Assembly (NCBI GenBank): GCA_035501555.1 | Contig: DATJWA010000001.1 | Span: 2,202-66,201, forward strand | Source of the DNA: Thermoplasmata archaeon | GTDB lineage: Archaea; Thermoplasmatota; Thermoplasmata; Lutacidiplasmatales; UBA184 | Reading direction: 5' to 3' | Length of the DNA: 64,000 nt | Shown: positions 18,443 through 27,693 of the stretch, piece after piece | Layout: each line of letters begins with the position of its first letter | How positions within the stretch are numbered: position 1 is the first letter of the stretch | The notes under the pieces: model-generated | Database searches by the model: none | Told to the model about the DNA's origin: nothing | Seen by the model: the letters and a program-made list of their open reading frames with translations, nothing else | Position numbers and translations under genes: made by a program

Positions 18443-21400
18443 TCAGCGCATCGCGCCGGGCGGAGGGCCCCCACCGGAGGGCGGTGGCGCCGGGGGCGCG
18501 ACCGCCCCGGGCGGAGGCGTCGGCGTCCCGGCCGACGGAGGACTCCACTGGACCGGCGGGGGCGGCCCTGCTTTGCGCCGACGACGCATCAGGAGCACCG
18601 CGAGGACCGCCGCGACGACCAGCACGACGATGGCGATGATCAGGATCGTGCTCAGCCCGAGCGGAGAGGAGCCGCCGGAGCCGTTCGCGTGGAACGTCAC
18701 CGTCACGGTCTGCCCGGCCCCCTGGATCTGCAGCGGGCCCGTCCCGTTCGAGATGGTGTAGCCGCTGATGCTCCCGACGGTGTACGTGTACGACCCGTTC
18801 GGCAGGTTGAACACGATCGACCCGGACCCCACGCCGGTCAGCGTGGAGCTTCCGATCGTGACCGACCAGCTCGCGGTCGCGTTCAGTCCGACCGCCTGGA
18901 ACGTCACGTGGTAGGTCACCTGCGTGACCGTGAGGGCGACCGTGACGTCCCCTCCGTTGACGGTGGTGGTCCCCGAGTTGGGGGTCAGGAGGTAGCCCGA
19001 AACCGTCGGGACGCTCCAGGAGTAGCTTCCGTTCTCCTCGGAGAAACCGGCGGGCCCGCTGAGGCCGGAGTGGGTGACCCCGTCCAGGACCAGCGCCCAC
19101 GCCGTGCTGGTAGGGAGGCCGTTGACGGTGAACCGCAGGGTGTACTGGGAGGGGATGTAGCCGAGGACCCGGTTGTTCCCGAGGTCGCATACCCAGAGGT
19201 TGCCGTGCGGGTCCTGGAGCACGGCGGCGGGGTAGTTGAGGCCGCTCGGCCCGAGGCTCGCGAAGGTGGTCGACGTGTTCCCCTGCCCCAGCGCCAGTAC
19301 CGGCGCCTGGAAGCTCGCGAACGTCGGCCCGAGGAACTCGACGACCCGGTTGTCGCCGCTGTCCGCCACCCAGACGCTGCCGGCGGAGTCGACGAGGACT
19401 CCGTTGGGGCCCGAGAGGGCGTTCGGGCCGGTCGCGTTGTCGAGGGTGAAGTTCTCCTGCCCGAGGACCAACGTCGCCGCCTCGCCGGTCGACAGCGGCG
19501 CGGGGAACTCGAGCGCTCGGTCGTTCCCGTAGTCCGCGATCCAGGCATTCCCGCGGGAGTCGAAGGTGACCCAGGCCGGGTCGCTGAGGTTGGTGGCCGA
19601 GAGGGCGGGGAGGTACCCGGTGAGGTCCGACTGTCCGAGGACGAGCGTGGCCGCCTCACCGGTCGTCTGAGGGGCCGGGTAGCCCACCACGCGGTTGTTG
19701 TCGTAGTCGGCGACCCAGAGGGTCCCGCCGGAGAAGCCGAGCCCCGCGGGCTCCGTGAGGTTGGTCGCGGTCGCGCTGCCGAGGTGGCCCGTGAACGAGC
19801 TCTGCCCGAGGACCACGCTCGCGGCCTCCCCGGTCGTGAACGGGGGAACGAACTCGAGGACCCGGTTGTTGCCGAAGTCCGACACCCAGAGGTCGCCCTG
19901 GGCGTCGAAGGCGATCCCGTCCGGCCGCGAGAGGTTGGTCGCCGACGTGCCGGGGAAGGTGCCGGTGAAGCTCGACTGGCCGAGGACGAGGCTCGCCGCC
20001 ATCCCGTTCGAGAACGGGGGCACGTACTCGAGGACCCGGTCGAACGTCCAGTCCGTCACCCACAGGTCGCCGCTCGAGTCGAACGCCGCGGCGTAGTTGT
20101 TGCCGCCGAGGTTCGAGGCGTTCGCGGCGGTCGGGAGGGCCCCCGAGTAGAACCCCGGTTCCCCGAGCACGACCGTCGCGGGGAGGCCGCTCGAGTACGG
20201 GTTCGGGGCCGCCGCGCTGAACGCGATCGTGACGGCGGTCGTGCCGTTCAACGGGACCTGCGAGTAGGCGGGGTCGGCCGTGTAGCCGGCGATGGGCGGG
20301 ATGTAGAGGGGGTAGGTGCCGTTGATGTCGGTGAACTGGAGCGGGCCGGTGCCGGTCATGGTGACGTTGTTCAGCTTCGCCGACCAGGAGGTGCCGGCGG
20401 GCAGCCCCGTCTCGGAGACGGTGAGCGTGTACGTCGTGGGCAGGTACTCGACCACCCGGTTGTTCCCGAGGTCGCTCACCCACAGGCCACCGTTCGGACC
20501 GACCTCGGCGCCGAACGGCGTGCTCAGGTTGACCGCGGAGAGGCCCGCCTGGTTGCCGGTGAGGTCCGACTGGCCCAGGGCGACCGCCGGGTCCTTGAAG
20601 GTGGAGAACGGCGGGAGGAACTCGACCACGCGGTTGTCTCCCGAGTCGGAGACCCAGAGGTTGCCCCGCGGGTCCACCGAGACGCTGTAGGGGTCCACGG
20701 TAGCGCCCGGCCCGGTCGAGCTCGTCGTGGTGAAGGAGGATTGGCCGATCAGGTAGCTCGCCGCCTCGCCCGTCGCGAACGACGAGGCGAACCCGACCAC
20801 CCGGTTGTTCGCCCAGTCGGCGACCCAGACGGTCGACCCGGTGGCCGCGACGTCGATGGGCGAGCTCAGGTTGACGTCCGTCGTGCCGCCCTGGTTGCCG
20901 GTAAAGCTGGTCTGGCCGAGGACGAGGGAGGCGGCCATCCCGCTCGAGAACGGAGGGACGAACTCGAGGACGCGGTCGTTCCCCTGGTCGGCGACCCAGA
21001 GGTCCCCGGAGGGGTCGAAGGCGAGCCCCGTGGGGTAGCTCACGTTGACGTCGGAGGTCCCGAGCTCGTTACCGGAGAAGTCGCTCTGCCCGAGGACGAG
21101 GGAGGCGGCCATCCCGGTCGTGAACGGGGGCGTGAACTCGAGCACGCGCTGGTTGCCCCAGTCGGCAACCCAGAGGTCTCCCTGGGAGTCCAGCGTCACG
21201 GCGGCCGGGTTGGTGAGGTTGGTGTCGCTGGTGCCGGGCTGGCTCCGACCGAAGCTGCTCTGACCGATCACGACGCTCGCGGCCTCCCCGGTGGAGACCG
21301 GTGCGGGGAACTCGAGGACCCGGTTCCCGGCGAAGTCGGGGACCCAGACGTCGCCCGAAGCGTCCTCGGTGGCGTACTCGGGCGAGGCCTGGAACGCGGA

Positions 21401-21682
21401 GTCGTTGACGGGTCCGAGGGTCGAATAGGAGCCGGTCAGGCTCGGCGCACCGAGCGCGAGCGAGATCGGCATCCCCGTGGAGAACGGGTTCGGAGGCGCC
21501 GCCAGGGGGGTCGGGAGGCTGGCGGGGGAGAGGGCGGAGGGGCTTGCCGGGGTGGCTAGGGAAGGGGCGGAGGAGGCGACGGAAGGTGGGGAGTGAGCCG
21601 CCGAGGCGCCCGGCGGGGGGAACGAAAGCACTAGGAGTACGATCAGTCCGAAAACGATCCCGAGGGAAAGCCGACGCCCCAT
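18443..21682 (-). CDS. Cell-surface NHL-repeat (beta-propeller) protein with thermopsin-like Ig domains, C-terminal TM and Pro-rich tail
   Basis: Signal peptide; about 10-11 repeats of VLGQS.F...NL..P.G.AFD..GDLWV.D.GN.RVLEF; ETGLP.GT.W domains; start ATG 21682 with TTTAAG about 28 nt upstream. Confidence 0.85.
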   Translation of the reverse strand: MGRRLSLGIVFGLIVLLVLSFPPPGASAAHSPPSVASSAPSLATPASPSALSPASLPTPLAAPPNPFSTGMPISLALGAPSLTGSYSTLGPVNDSAFQASPEYATEDASGDVWVPDFAGNRVLEFPAPVSTGEAASVVIGQSSFGRSQPGTSDTNLTNPAAVTLDSQGDLWVADWGNQRVLEFTPPFTTGMAASLVLGQSDFSGNELGTSDVNVSYPTGLAFDPSGDLWVADQGNDRVLEFVPPFSSGMAASLVLGQTSFTGNQGGTTDVNLSSPIDVAATGSTVWVADWANNRVVGFASSFATGEAASYLIGQSSFTTTSSTGPGATVDPYSVSVDPRGNLWVSDSGDNRVVEFLPPFSTFKDPAVALGQSDLTGNQAGLSAVNLSTPFGAEVGPNGGLWVSDLGNNRVVEYLPTTYTLTVSETGLPAGTSWSAKLNNVTMTGTGPLQFTDINGTYPLYIPPIAGYTADPAYSQVPLNGTTAVTIAFSAAAPNPYSSGLPATVVLGEPGFYSGALPTAANASNLGGNNYAAAFDSSGDLWVTDWTFDRVLEYVPPFSNGMAASLVLGQSSFTGTFPGTSATNLSRPDGIAFDAQGDLWVSDFGNNRVLEFVPPFTTGEAASVVLGQSSFTGHLGSATATNLTEPAGLGFSGGTLWVADYDNNRVVGYPAPQTTGEAATLVLGQSDLTGYLPALSATNLSDPAWVTFDSRGNAWIADYGNDRALEFPAPLSTGEAATLVLGQENFTLDNATGPNALSGPNGVLVDSAGSVWVADSGDNRVVEFLGPTFASFQAPVLALGQGNTSTTFASLGPSGLNYPAAVLQDPHGNLWVCDLGNNRVLGYIPSQYTLRFTVNGLPTSTAWALVLDGVTHSGLSGPAGFSEENGSYSWSVPTVSGYLLTPNSGTTTVNGGDVTVALTVTQVTYHVTFQAVGLNATASWSVTIGSSTLTGVGSGSIVFNLPNGSYTYTVGSISGYTISNGTGPLQIQGAGQTVTVTFHANGSGGSSPLGLSTILIIAIVVLVVAAVLAVLLMRRRRKAGPPPPVQWSPPSAGTPTPPPGAVAPPAPPPSGGGPPPGAMR
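19150..21420 (-). repeat. Intragenic NHL-type repeats (about 170-180 bp unit) in two blocks
   Basis: Recurring plus-strand words gaactcgaggacccgg, acccagaggtc and ccgaggac; boundaries approximate. Confidence 0.75.
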
Positions 21683-21766
21683 GACGGCGTCGAGGTGGGC
21701 GCGGAAGGTCTTAAACTGTCCGGATTCGAGGTCGTCCCCGAGCGGGAGGGCACTCCCCACCGTCGT

Positions 21767-22045
21767 CTAGGTGTCCCAGTCCCACCAGCGGCGCGCCTCC
21801 CGGAACCCGAAGGAGACCCAGACGACCGCCATCACCGCGAACAGGACCAGGATCGAGACGATCACCACGATGATGCTCTGAAAGAGCGAGAACCCGTGGG
21901 CCCAGAAGCCGACGTAGAGCAGCGTCAGGCTCAGCCAGGCCACGGGCGCGAGGATCGACGCGATGATCCGCCGGCGGAGGGCGCGCCCGGTTTGGGAGAC
22001 TATCGACGATATGCCCATGTGCTCGGGACGGGCGTTCTCTTGCAT
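21767..22045 (-). CDS. Small two-TM membrane protein, hypothetical
   Basis: Two hydrophobic helices; TTTTAG TATA-like element about 25 nt upstream. Confidence 0.7.
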   Translation of the reverse strand: MQENARPEHMGISSIVSQTGRALRRRIIASILAPVAWLSLTLLYVGFWAHGFSLFQSIIVVIVSILVLFAVMAVVWVSFGFREARRWWDWDT

Positions 22046-22113
22046 GGAACGTCGATGGGACGGGACTACTAAAACCCCGACTCACCGGTCGTGTGCATCG
22101 CCGAGGGGCCCGC

Positions 22114-22635
22114 TCAGGGAGCCGTCGTGGCGTAGATCGGTGAGGTCGCGGTCACGGTGTCGGTGCTCAGCGCCCAGAAGACCAGGTCCACGGTCAGCTC
22201 CGGCACCCCGAGGTGGCTCGAGGGGTCCGTCGGGATCGTGAGCGCCGTGTTGATCGTTCCCGAATACGATCCCGCCGCCCCGTAGCACCCCCAGGGGAAG
22301 GGGCATGCCGGGGAGACGCCTCCGACAGTCGTCTCGACCGAGGTGGAGGAGCTGGCCGACCAGTTCCCGAAGATCAGGATCGTGACGTTGTCGGTTGGCG
22401 AGGTGCCGGTGAGGTTGAGCTGGTAGAGCGCGATCGACTCGGAGATGAGGAACGTGAAGTTGGTCCACGTGGGCACTTTCGAACCGACGTACGAGGCCTG
22501 ATTGGTGGTTCCCCCGGAGATCGGGTGCCCGGCGAACGCGACCAGGAGCACGACGATCACCACCGCCGCGACCGACCACGCCGCGAAAAAGATGCGGCGC
22601 GGCCACAGGGGGATCTGCGGGCTCGGTGCGTTCAC
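22114..22635 (-). CDS. Hypothetical membrane-anchored extracellular protein
   Basis: N-terminal TM, Thr/Ser-rich ectodomain with several N-x-S/T sequons and a CPFPWGC motif; GTG start inferred. Confidence 0.65.
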   Translation of the reverse strand: MNAPSPQIPLWPRRIFFAAWSVAAVVIVVLLVAFAGHPISGGTTNQASYVGSKVPTWTNFTFLISESIALYQLNLTGTSPTDNVTILIFGNWSASSSTSVETTVGGVSPACPFPWGCYGAAGSYSGTINTALTIPTDPSSHLGVPELTVDLVFWALSTDTVTATSPIYATTAP

Positions 22636-22774
22636 TGCGTGTCCTTGGCCGGGGAGGGCCCCCCCACCGACGGGACGACGGCGCACACTATCTTAGGGTT
22701 CCGGGCGACGACCCCTTCTTCTCCAGCAGCGACCGTCATGTGGGGGCGGCGGCTAGGAACCGGCTCGAGCGCCG

Positions 22775-23296
22775 TTGCCGAACCCGCCGTCCGCAGAGCT
22801 GATCGACCTCGTCGGGGAGGACCGCGAACGGGCCGTCCCGGTGATCGTCGATTCGTTCGAGGGGATCTACCGCTGGCACGCCAAGCGGACCCTCCGCGAG
22901 GCCGGCGAGGTGCGGGCGGCCGTGCTGGGCGGGGAGGTCGCCGGGGTCTCGATGCTCGAGCGGTTCGTCCCCGAGGTCGGCTACGTCTACTACCTCGCAG
23001 TCGCCGCGCGCCATCGACGGCACGGGCTGGGACGGCTCCTGCTCGACGACGCCCTCTCCCGGTTCGACCGGCTCGGAGTGGAGGTGGTGTACGCCGCCGC
23101 CGAAGAGGACAACGTCGCCTCGCTCGAGCTCTTCCGGTCCCGGGGGTTCCGAACGGTCGAGCGGAAGGAGCTCGGCTACAAGGAGGGCGGGCTGGGCGCC
23201 TGGGGCCTCCGCAGCCGCATGCGGGTCGTCTGGGGCGAGGTCCTGCTCGGCAAGAGGCTCCGGCCCACCTCGGGCGGTGCGACGGCCCCGCCCTAA
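22775..23296 (+). CDS. GNAT family N-acetyltransferase
   Basis: YLAVAARHRRHGLGRLL acetyl-CoA motif and N.ASLELF...GF. Confidence 0.8.
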   Translation: MPNPPSAELIDLVGEDRERAVPVIVDSFEGIYRWHAKRTLREAGEVRAAVLGGEVAGVSMLERFVPEVGYVYYLAVAARHRRHGLGRLLLDDALSRFDRLGVEVVYAAAEEDNVASLELFRSRGFRTVERKELGYKEGGLGAWGLRSRMRVVWGEVLLGKRLRPTSGGATAPP

Positions 23297-23376
23297 CACG
23301 CGCCTGGATGCGAGATTGCTGCGCTCCAGCTGGACGCTGGAGATTCAACTCCCCCGGGATCGTACCGGCGCCGAGC

Positions 23377-24000
23377 CTACGCCCGGAGCTCCCCGGGCCC
23401 GAAGCGTACCAGTGCCCCGCCCAACGTGGACGGAGCCGGCCCGGTACTCCCGAGGAGCGAGACGGTGACCAGGCAGGTCCGTCCGGACCACCGCAGCTGT
23501 GGGTCGAAGCCGGAGCTTCGGAACACCTCGATCATGTCGGGGTTCTCGGGGAGCACTTCCGCGAGGAACTCACGGATCCCGAAGACGCGAGCGGCTCGGG
23601 CCAGGCGGCGGAGGAGGAGCGTCGCCACCCCGAGGTGGCGGTACCCGTCCGCGACGAGGAAGGCGATCTCGGCGGTGGGGGACCCCGGGCCGACGCGCAC
23701 GTACTCCCCGTGGCCGATGATGTGCAGGTCCGGTCCGTCCTGCCGGAAGATGAGCAAGGAGAGCCGGTCGCCGACCGTCCCGGGGGTCAGGACCTCCCCG
23801 GGAACCGACTCCGGACGGGTGACGGTGAAGAACCGCAGTCGGAGGGCGTCGCGCGAGAGTCCCTGGGCGAACACCTCGACCAGTTCCCGGTCGCGCGGCT
23901 GGGCCGCGCGGACCAGGACCTCGCTCCCGTTGCGGAGCGCCGCCGTGCCCTCCACGCCGGTGGGGAGAAGGTGAACGATCGTGCGGGGGGTGCTTTGCAT
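23377..24000 (-). CDS. Stand-alone Pat/Pka-type GNAT domain (protein lysine acetyltransferase-like)
   Basis: LRNG..V.VR, LS......RFF, AEIAFLVAD.Y...GVAT.LL and EVLPENPDM.EVF...GF, as in the GNAT domain of acetyl-CoA-ligase/GNAT fusions. Confidence 0.8.
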   Translation of the reverse strand: MQSTPRTIVHLLPTGVEGTAALRNGSEVLVRAAQPRDRELVEVFAQGLSRDALRLRFFTVTRPESVPGEVLTPGTVGDRLSLLIFRQDGPDLHIIGHGEYVRVGPGSPTAEIAFLVADGYRHLGVATLLLRRLARAARVFGIREFLAEVLPENPDMIEVFRSSGFDPQLRWSGRTCLVTVSLLGSTGPAPSTLGGALVRFGPGELRA

Positions 24001-24093
24001 GCCCGTTCCAAGAAAAGGAGCCGCCCGGGCTCCCTTCATCTCGCCGTCAACTCCCGTTGACCCTCCCGGCGGCCGCCGGGGCTCGAAGGTCCT

Positions 24094-24561
24094 TCAGTTC
24101 ACGGGCGGGGAGGGAGGTTGCGGGGGGACCGGGAGGGGCGCAGGAGCCGACGGCGGGGGGACCGGCAGGCCGGCCCCGGGCCCGGGAAAGACAGGGGGCG
24201 GGAAGGACGAGGGGCCGGGCGGTGGCGGGCCCAGAGGGAAATCGACCTCCCGACGGGCCATGATGTCGATGATCACGGCGGCGACTAGGCCCCCGCCCAC
24301 GCCGGCGACGACGAACCCGACTCCGAGCATCCCCTCGTCAGTGACGGTGTTGTTCTCCGCAGCGTTGATGCTGGACTGGCAACTGGTGCCCCCGGGCAGC
24401 TGGTCAAGGCACGACACCTCGGTCTGCTCCGCCTGTCCCAGGAGCACGATGGAGGTGCCGATCAGGACCAGCCCTGCGACGAGGGCGATGACGCTCACCC
24501 AAGCGAACCGGCGCCTCCGGGAGGTCCCGGAACCGGTCCAGCCCCCGGGAGTTGCGACCAT
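24094..24561 (-). CDS. Two-TM membrane protein with Cys-pair loop and Pro-rich tail
   Basis: TM-C(x9)C loop-TM-polyPro; paralogue of 24564-24911. Confidence 0.65.
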   Translation of the reverse strand: MVATPGGWTGSGTSRRRRFAWVSVIALVAGLVLIGTSIVLLGQAEQTEVSCLDQLPGGTSCQSSINAAENNTVTDEGMLGVGFVVAGVGGGLVAAVIIDIMARREVDFPLGPPPPGPSSFPPPVFPGPGAGLPVPPPSAPAPLPVPPQPPSPPVN

Positions 24562-24563
24562 GT

Positions 24564-24911
24564 CTAGGGCGCCCCGGGAGGGAAGGAGGGAGGGGGTGGG
24601 CCCGGCGGAAGGTACCCCGGTCGAGCGGCGGGGGGCCACCGGGTCATGAAGCCGACGGCGGCGATCAGCACGAGGCCCAACCCGATCCCGGCGACGATGA
24701 ACCCGGCCCCAAGGAAGTATTCCGAGTCGAGGCTCGCGTTCAGCGCGTTGCTGGCCACCGAGCTGCAGCCGGACGACGGAGGGTTGTATTCGCAGTTGAT
24801 CTCCGAACCCTCGGCGACAGCATCACTCAGAAAGCCCGACCCGATGACCGCGAGCCCGGCCGTGATGAGCACGGCTCCCGCCAGACCGAGAGTCCGCAGG
24901 GGGGTCGGCAT
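24564..24911 (-). CDS. Two-TM membrane protein with Cys-pair loop and Pro-rich tail
   Basis: TM-C(x8)C loop-TM-polyPro; shares E..LG.GF.VAG.G.GLV with its neighbour. Confidence 0.65.
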   Translation of the reverse strand: MPTPLRTLGLAGAVLITAGLAVIGSGFLSDAVAEGSEINCEYNPPSSGCSSVASNALNASLDSEYFLGAGFIVAGIGLGLVLIAAVGFMTRWPPAARPGYLPPGPPPPSFPPGAP

Positions 24912-25016
24912 GGCCGTCGATTTCCGACGGCCTGAAATGGGTTTCCGTTCCAGTGGAAGGGGCCGGCGGCTGGCTCGTTGGCTGCGGGGTCGGCCGGGCG
25001 ACGGGCGCCCTGGGTC

Positions 25017-25304
25017 CTACGGTTGGATGGTGATCTTGCCCGAGCGCCCCATGGAGACCTGGAGCCGGCCTCGGAAGTCCTTGACCCAGCCGTCGGTGAC
25101 CGTGACTTTCTGACCGACCTTGTACTTCGGGATGTCGTCGCCCCAGAGCGTCAGGGTGGTGGTCCCGGTCTCGTCCTGTAGGGTCGCGTCGGCGACCCGG
25201 GAGGGGCCCCGAGAGGTCGTCACGTCGCGCGCCTCCGAGATGGCCGTGATCGTCGCGGTGAAGGTCGCATTCGCGTTCGCGCGGAGGCTCGAGATGCCGG
25301 GCAT
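25017..25304 (-). CDS. ssb: Single-OB-fold single-stranded DNA-binding protein
   Basis: VADATLQDETG...LTLW, GWVKDFRG.LQV.MGRSG; start ATG 25304 with TTAA about 27 nt upstream. Confidence 0.85.
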   Translation of the reverse strand: MPGISSLRANANATFTATITAISEARDVTTSRGPSRVADATLQDETGTTTLTLWGDDIPKYKVGQKVTVTDGWVKDFRGRLQVSMGRSGKITIQP

Positions 25305-25561
25305 GACGGGCGGAGCCAGCCGCAGGGGGTTAAGCCGCTTTTGGCCCCTCCTCGAGGCCCCCGACGCGGTCGACCAAGCGCCCCACGGCCGGGCCTCCGG
25401 TCCCCGAAGCGCTCGGCCCAGTCGACCCCGGACCGACTCGAGCGTGGGCTTCAAAGGGGGCCGGAGGTACTTCTTCGCGAGTTCTGCGTGAGCGCTCCGT
25501 GGGCTGACCCCTTCGTGCCCTCTCTCCCCTGCGCGGCCGGACCGAGGCGAGCGGCCGAGCC

Positions 25562-26524
25562 ATGAGCCGAGTCCTCGTCGCTCTCGGGGGGAACGCGATC
25601 CTCCGGGCCCATGAGCGGGGGACGTGGGCCGAGAGCGTCCGTCAGATGCGGAGGACGGTCCCCGCGCTCGTACAGGTCGCGCGCCAGGGCCACGAGCTGA
25701 TCCTCACGCACGGGAACGGACCCCAGGTGGGGAACCTGCTGCGGGAGGCCGAGCTCGGGGCCACCGAGGTGCCGGCGCCCCCCATGCACGTCCTCGGTGC
25801 GGAGTCCGAGGGCCAGGTCGGCTACCTGATCGCGCAGGTCCTCGGGGCCGAGCTCCGCCGGCGGCACGTTCCCCGGCTCGTCGTGACGATCATCAGCCAG
25901 ACCGAGGTCTCTCCCCGGGACCCTGCGTTTCGCCACCCGAGCAAGCCGGTCGGTCGGTTCTACACGGCCCGGGAGGCCCGGCGCCTGCGGGTCCGTCCGG
26001 GCTGGGTGATGCGGAACGACCCGAGCCGCGGGGGCTGGCGTCGGCTCGTCCCCTCGCCCCAGCCCCTGCGATGGGTCGAGGGGGCTGCCGTCCGCCGGAT
26101 GTTCGACGCCGGTCTCGGCGCCCACTTCATCCCCGTGGTCGCCGGCGGGGGCGGGATCCCGGTCGTTCGGGGCCGGGACGGGAACTACCGAGGGGTCGAC
26201 GCGGTCATCGACAAGGACCGGACGGCGGCGCTGGTGGCGACCGAGCTCGGAGCCGACACTCTCGCGGTCGTCACGGACGTCCCGGCCGCCGCCGTGGGGT
26301 ACCAGACCGCGCACCCTCGATGGCTCGGCGAGATCACCGCCCGTGAACTGAAGTCCTACCTCGCTCGCGGAGAGTTCGGGGAGGGAAGCATGGGCCCGAA
26401 GGTCGAGGCGGGACTCTCCTTCCTGCGCCGCGGCGGCAAGCGGTTCATCATCACGAACGTCGCCTCCCTCTCGGCCGCACTGGCCGGCCGCGCCGGCACC
26501 CGTGTCACCGCCGGGAAGCGCTAG
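25562..26524 (+). CDS. arcC: Carbamate kinase
   Basis: VALGGNA, THGNGPQVG, KPVG.FY, RRLVPSP.P, GGGGIPV, AVIDKD, GSMGPKV. Confidence 0.93.
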   Translation: MSRVLVALGGNAILRAHERGTWAESVRQMRRTVPALVQVARQGHELILTHGNGPQVGNLLREAELGATEVPAPPMHVLGAESEGQVGYLIAQVLGAELRRRHVPRLVVTIISQTEVSPRDPAFRHPSKPVGRFYTAREARRLRVRPGWVMRNDPSRGGWRRLVPSPQPLRWVEGAAVRRMFDAGLGAHFIPVVAGGGGIPVVRGRDGNYRGVDAVIDKDRTAALVATELGADTLAVVTDVPAAAVGYQTAHPRWLGEITARELKSYLARGEFGEGSMGPKVEAGLSFLRRGGKRFIITNVASLSAALAGRAGTRVTAGKR

Positions 26525-27693
26525 CCCGGCGGCGGGTCCTCTCTGGCCGGCCGGTCACGTGGCCAGAGCTTGCGTGCAGCGATCAGGTGCATGATCTCGG
26601 AAGGACCGTGCGCGATCGCGCCGCTGCGCACGTCCCGCCACCGTTGCTCGTGCGGAAGTTCGCTCGAATACCCGCGGCCCCCGTGGAACTGGATCGCATG
26701 GTCGATCGCCCGCAGCGCGACCTCGGTGGCCATCCACTTCGCGAGCGCCGCCTCCGCATCGACATCCTGACCCTGCCCCAGCCGCCGGAGCGTCTGCTCG
26801 GTGTACAGCCAGGCCGCGTCGAGCCGGGCGCCGTCCTCGACGATCGGGAAGGCCACGGCCTCGTGGCCGGACAGCGTCCGGCCGAACGTCGTCCGCGTGC
26901 CCGCATGTCCGACGACCTCGGTCCACGACGCCCGCCCGACACCAAGGTAGATGGCGGCGAGGAGGACGCGCTCCCGGGTCAGCTCCGGCCGCACGTAGTC
27001 GAAGCCGTGTCCCTCCTCGCCCAGGCGGTGGTCGGCGGGGACCCTCACTCCCCGGTAGCGGACCGTGCCGCGGCGCTGCCACCGCTCGCCGAGGTCGGCC
27101 GCGGTCCGCTCGCGCTCGACCCCCGGAGAGTCCTGAGGTACAAGGAACGCCGTGATCCCGGCCGACGGGCCCTCGCCCGTCCGTCCGTAGACGATCGCCG
27201 CCTCCGCGTCCTCGGCGAAGGCGACCTCCGTCTTCTCCCCGTCGAGGAGGTAGGAGTCTCCGTCGCGACGGGCGACGAGCTCGAGGTGCCGGGGGTCGGA
27301 GCCGGCGCCGCGCTCGGTGAGCTGGTTGCCGACGAGGCGCCGGCCCTCGGCCAGCGGGCGCACCCACGCCTCGCGAAGGGACGGAGAGCCGTGCTCGGCG
27401 AGCACGGAGGAGAACTCCGGTTGGAGCGCCAGCTTGGCGAAGACCGTCCCGGTCCGGTAGGCGAGCCGGTGAAGCAGGGTCCCGGCCCGGGGGAGGGGCA
27501 GGCCCCGGCCCCCCGCGGCGGCGGCGCACGTGAGGCCGAGCCAGCCGGCCTCGCCCATCGCGCGGAACTCGCCACGAGGGAATCGCGGATCGCGGTCCAA
27601 CTCCCGCGCTCGCTCGGCCAGCCGGTGGGTCCGGACGAACTCGTCGAGCTCCCCGGCCAGCGGATCGTCCGGGAGCTGCTCGGGGATCGACAT
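26521..27693 (-). CDS. Acyl-CoA dehydrogenase
   Basis: LTE..AGSD, L.GEK, R..FG..L, A.Q.HGG.GY, RDVR...I..G.SEI. Confidence 0.9.
   Translation of the reverse strand: MSIPEQLPDDPLAGELDEFVRTHRLAERARELDRDPRFPRGEFRAMGEAGWLGLTCAAAAGGRGLPLPRAGTLLHRLAYRTGTVFAKLALQPEFSSVLAEHGSPSLREAWVRPLAEGRRLVGNQLTERGAGSDPRHLELVARRDGDSYLLDGEKTEVAFAEDAEAAIVYGRTGEGPSAGITAFLVPQDSPGVERERTAADLGERWQRRGTVRYRGVRVPADHRLGEEGHGFDYVRPELTRERVLLAAIYLGVGRASWTEVVGHAGTRTTFGRTLSGHEAVAFPIVEDGARLDAAWLYTEQTLRRLGQGQDVDAEAALAKWMATEVALRAIDHAIQFHGGRGYSSELPHEQRWRDVRSGAIAHGPSEIMHLIAARKLWPRDRPAREDPPPG

Noticed and set aside
19150..21420. Recurring DNA words resembling a CRISPR or repeat array
   Set aside because: Degenerate in-frame protein repeats of about 175 bp period; no identical repeats with unique spacers and no cas genes.
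17417..21559. 1380-aa plus-strand ORF
   Set aside because: Antisense shadow of the NHL surface protein and DNA methyltransferase; Arg/Gly/Pro-rich with no motifs, as expected from stop-codon scarcity at high GC.
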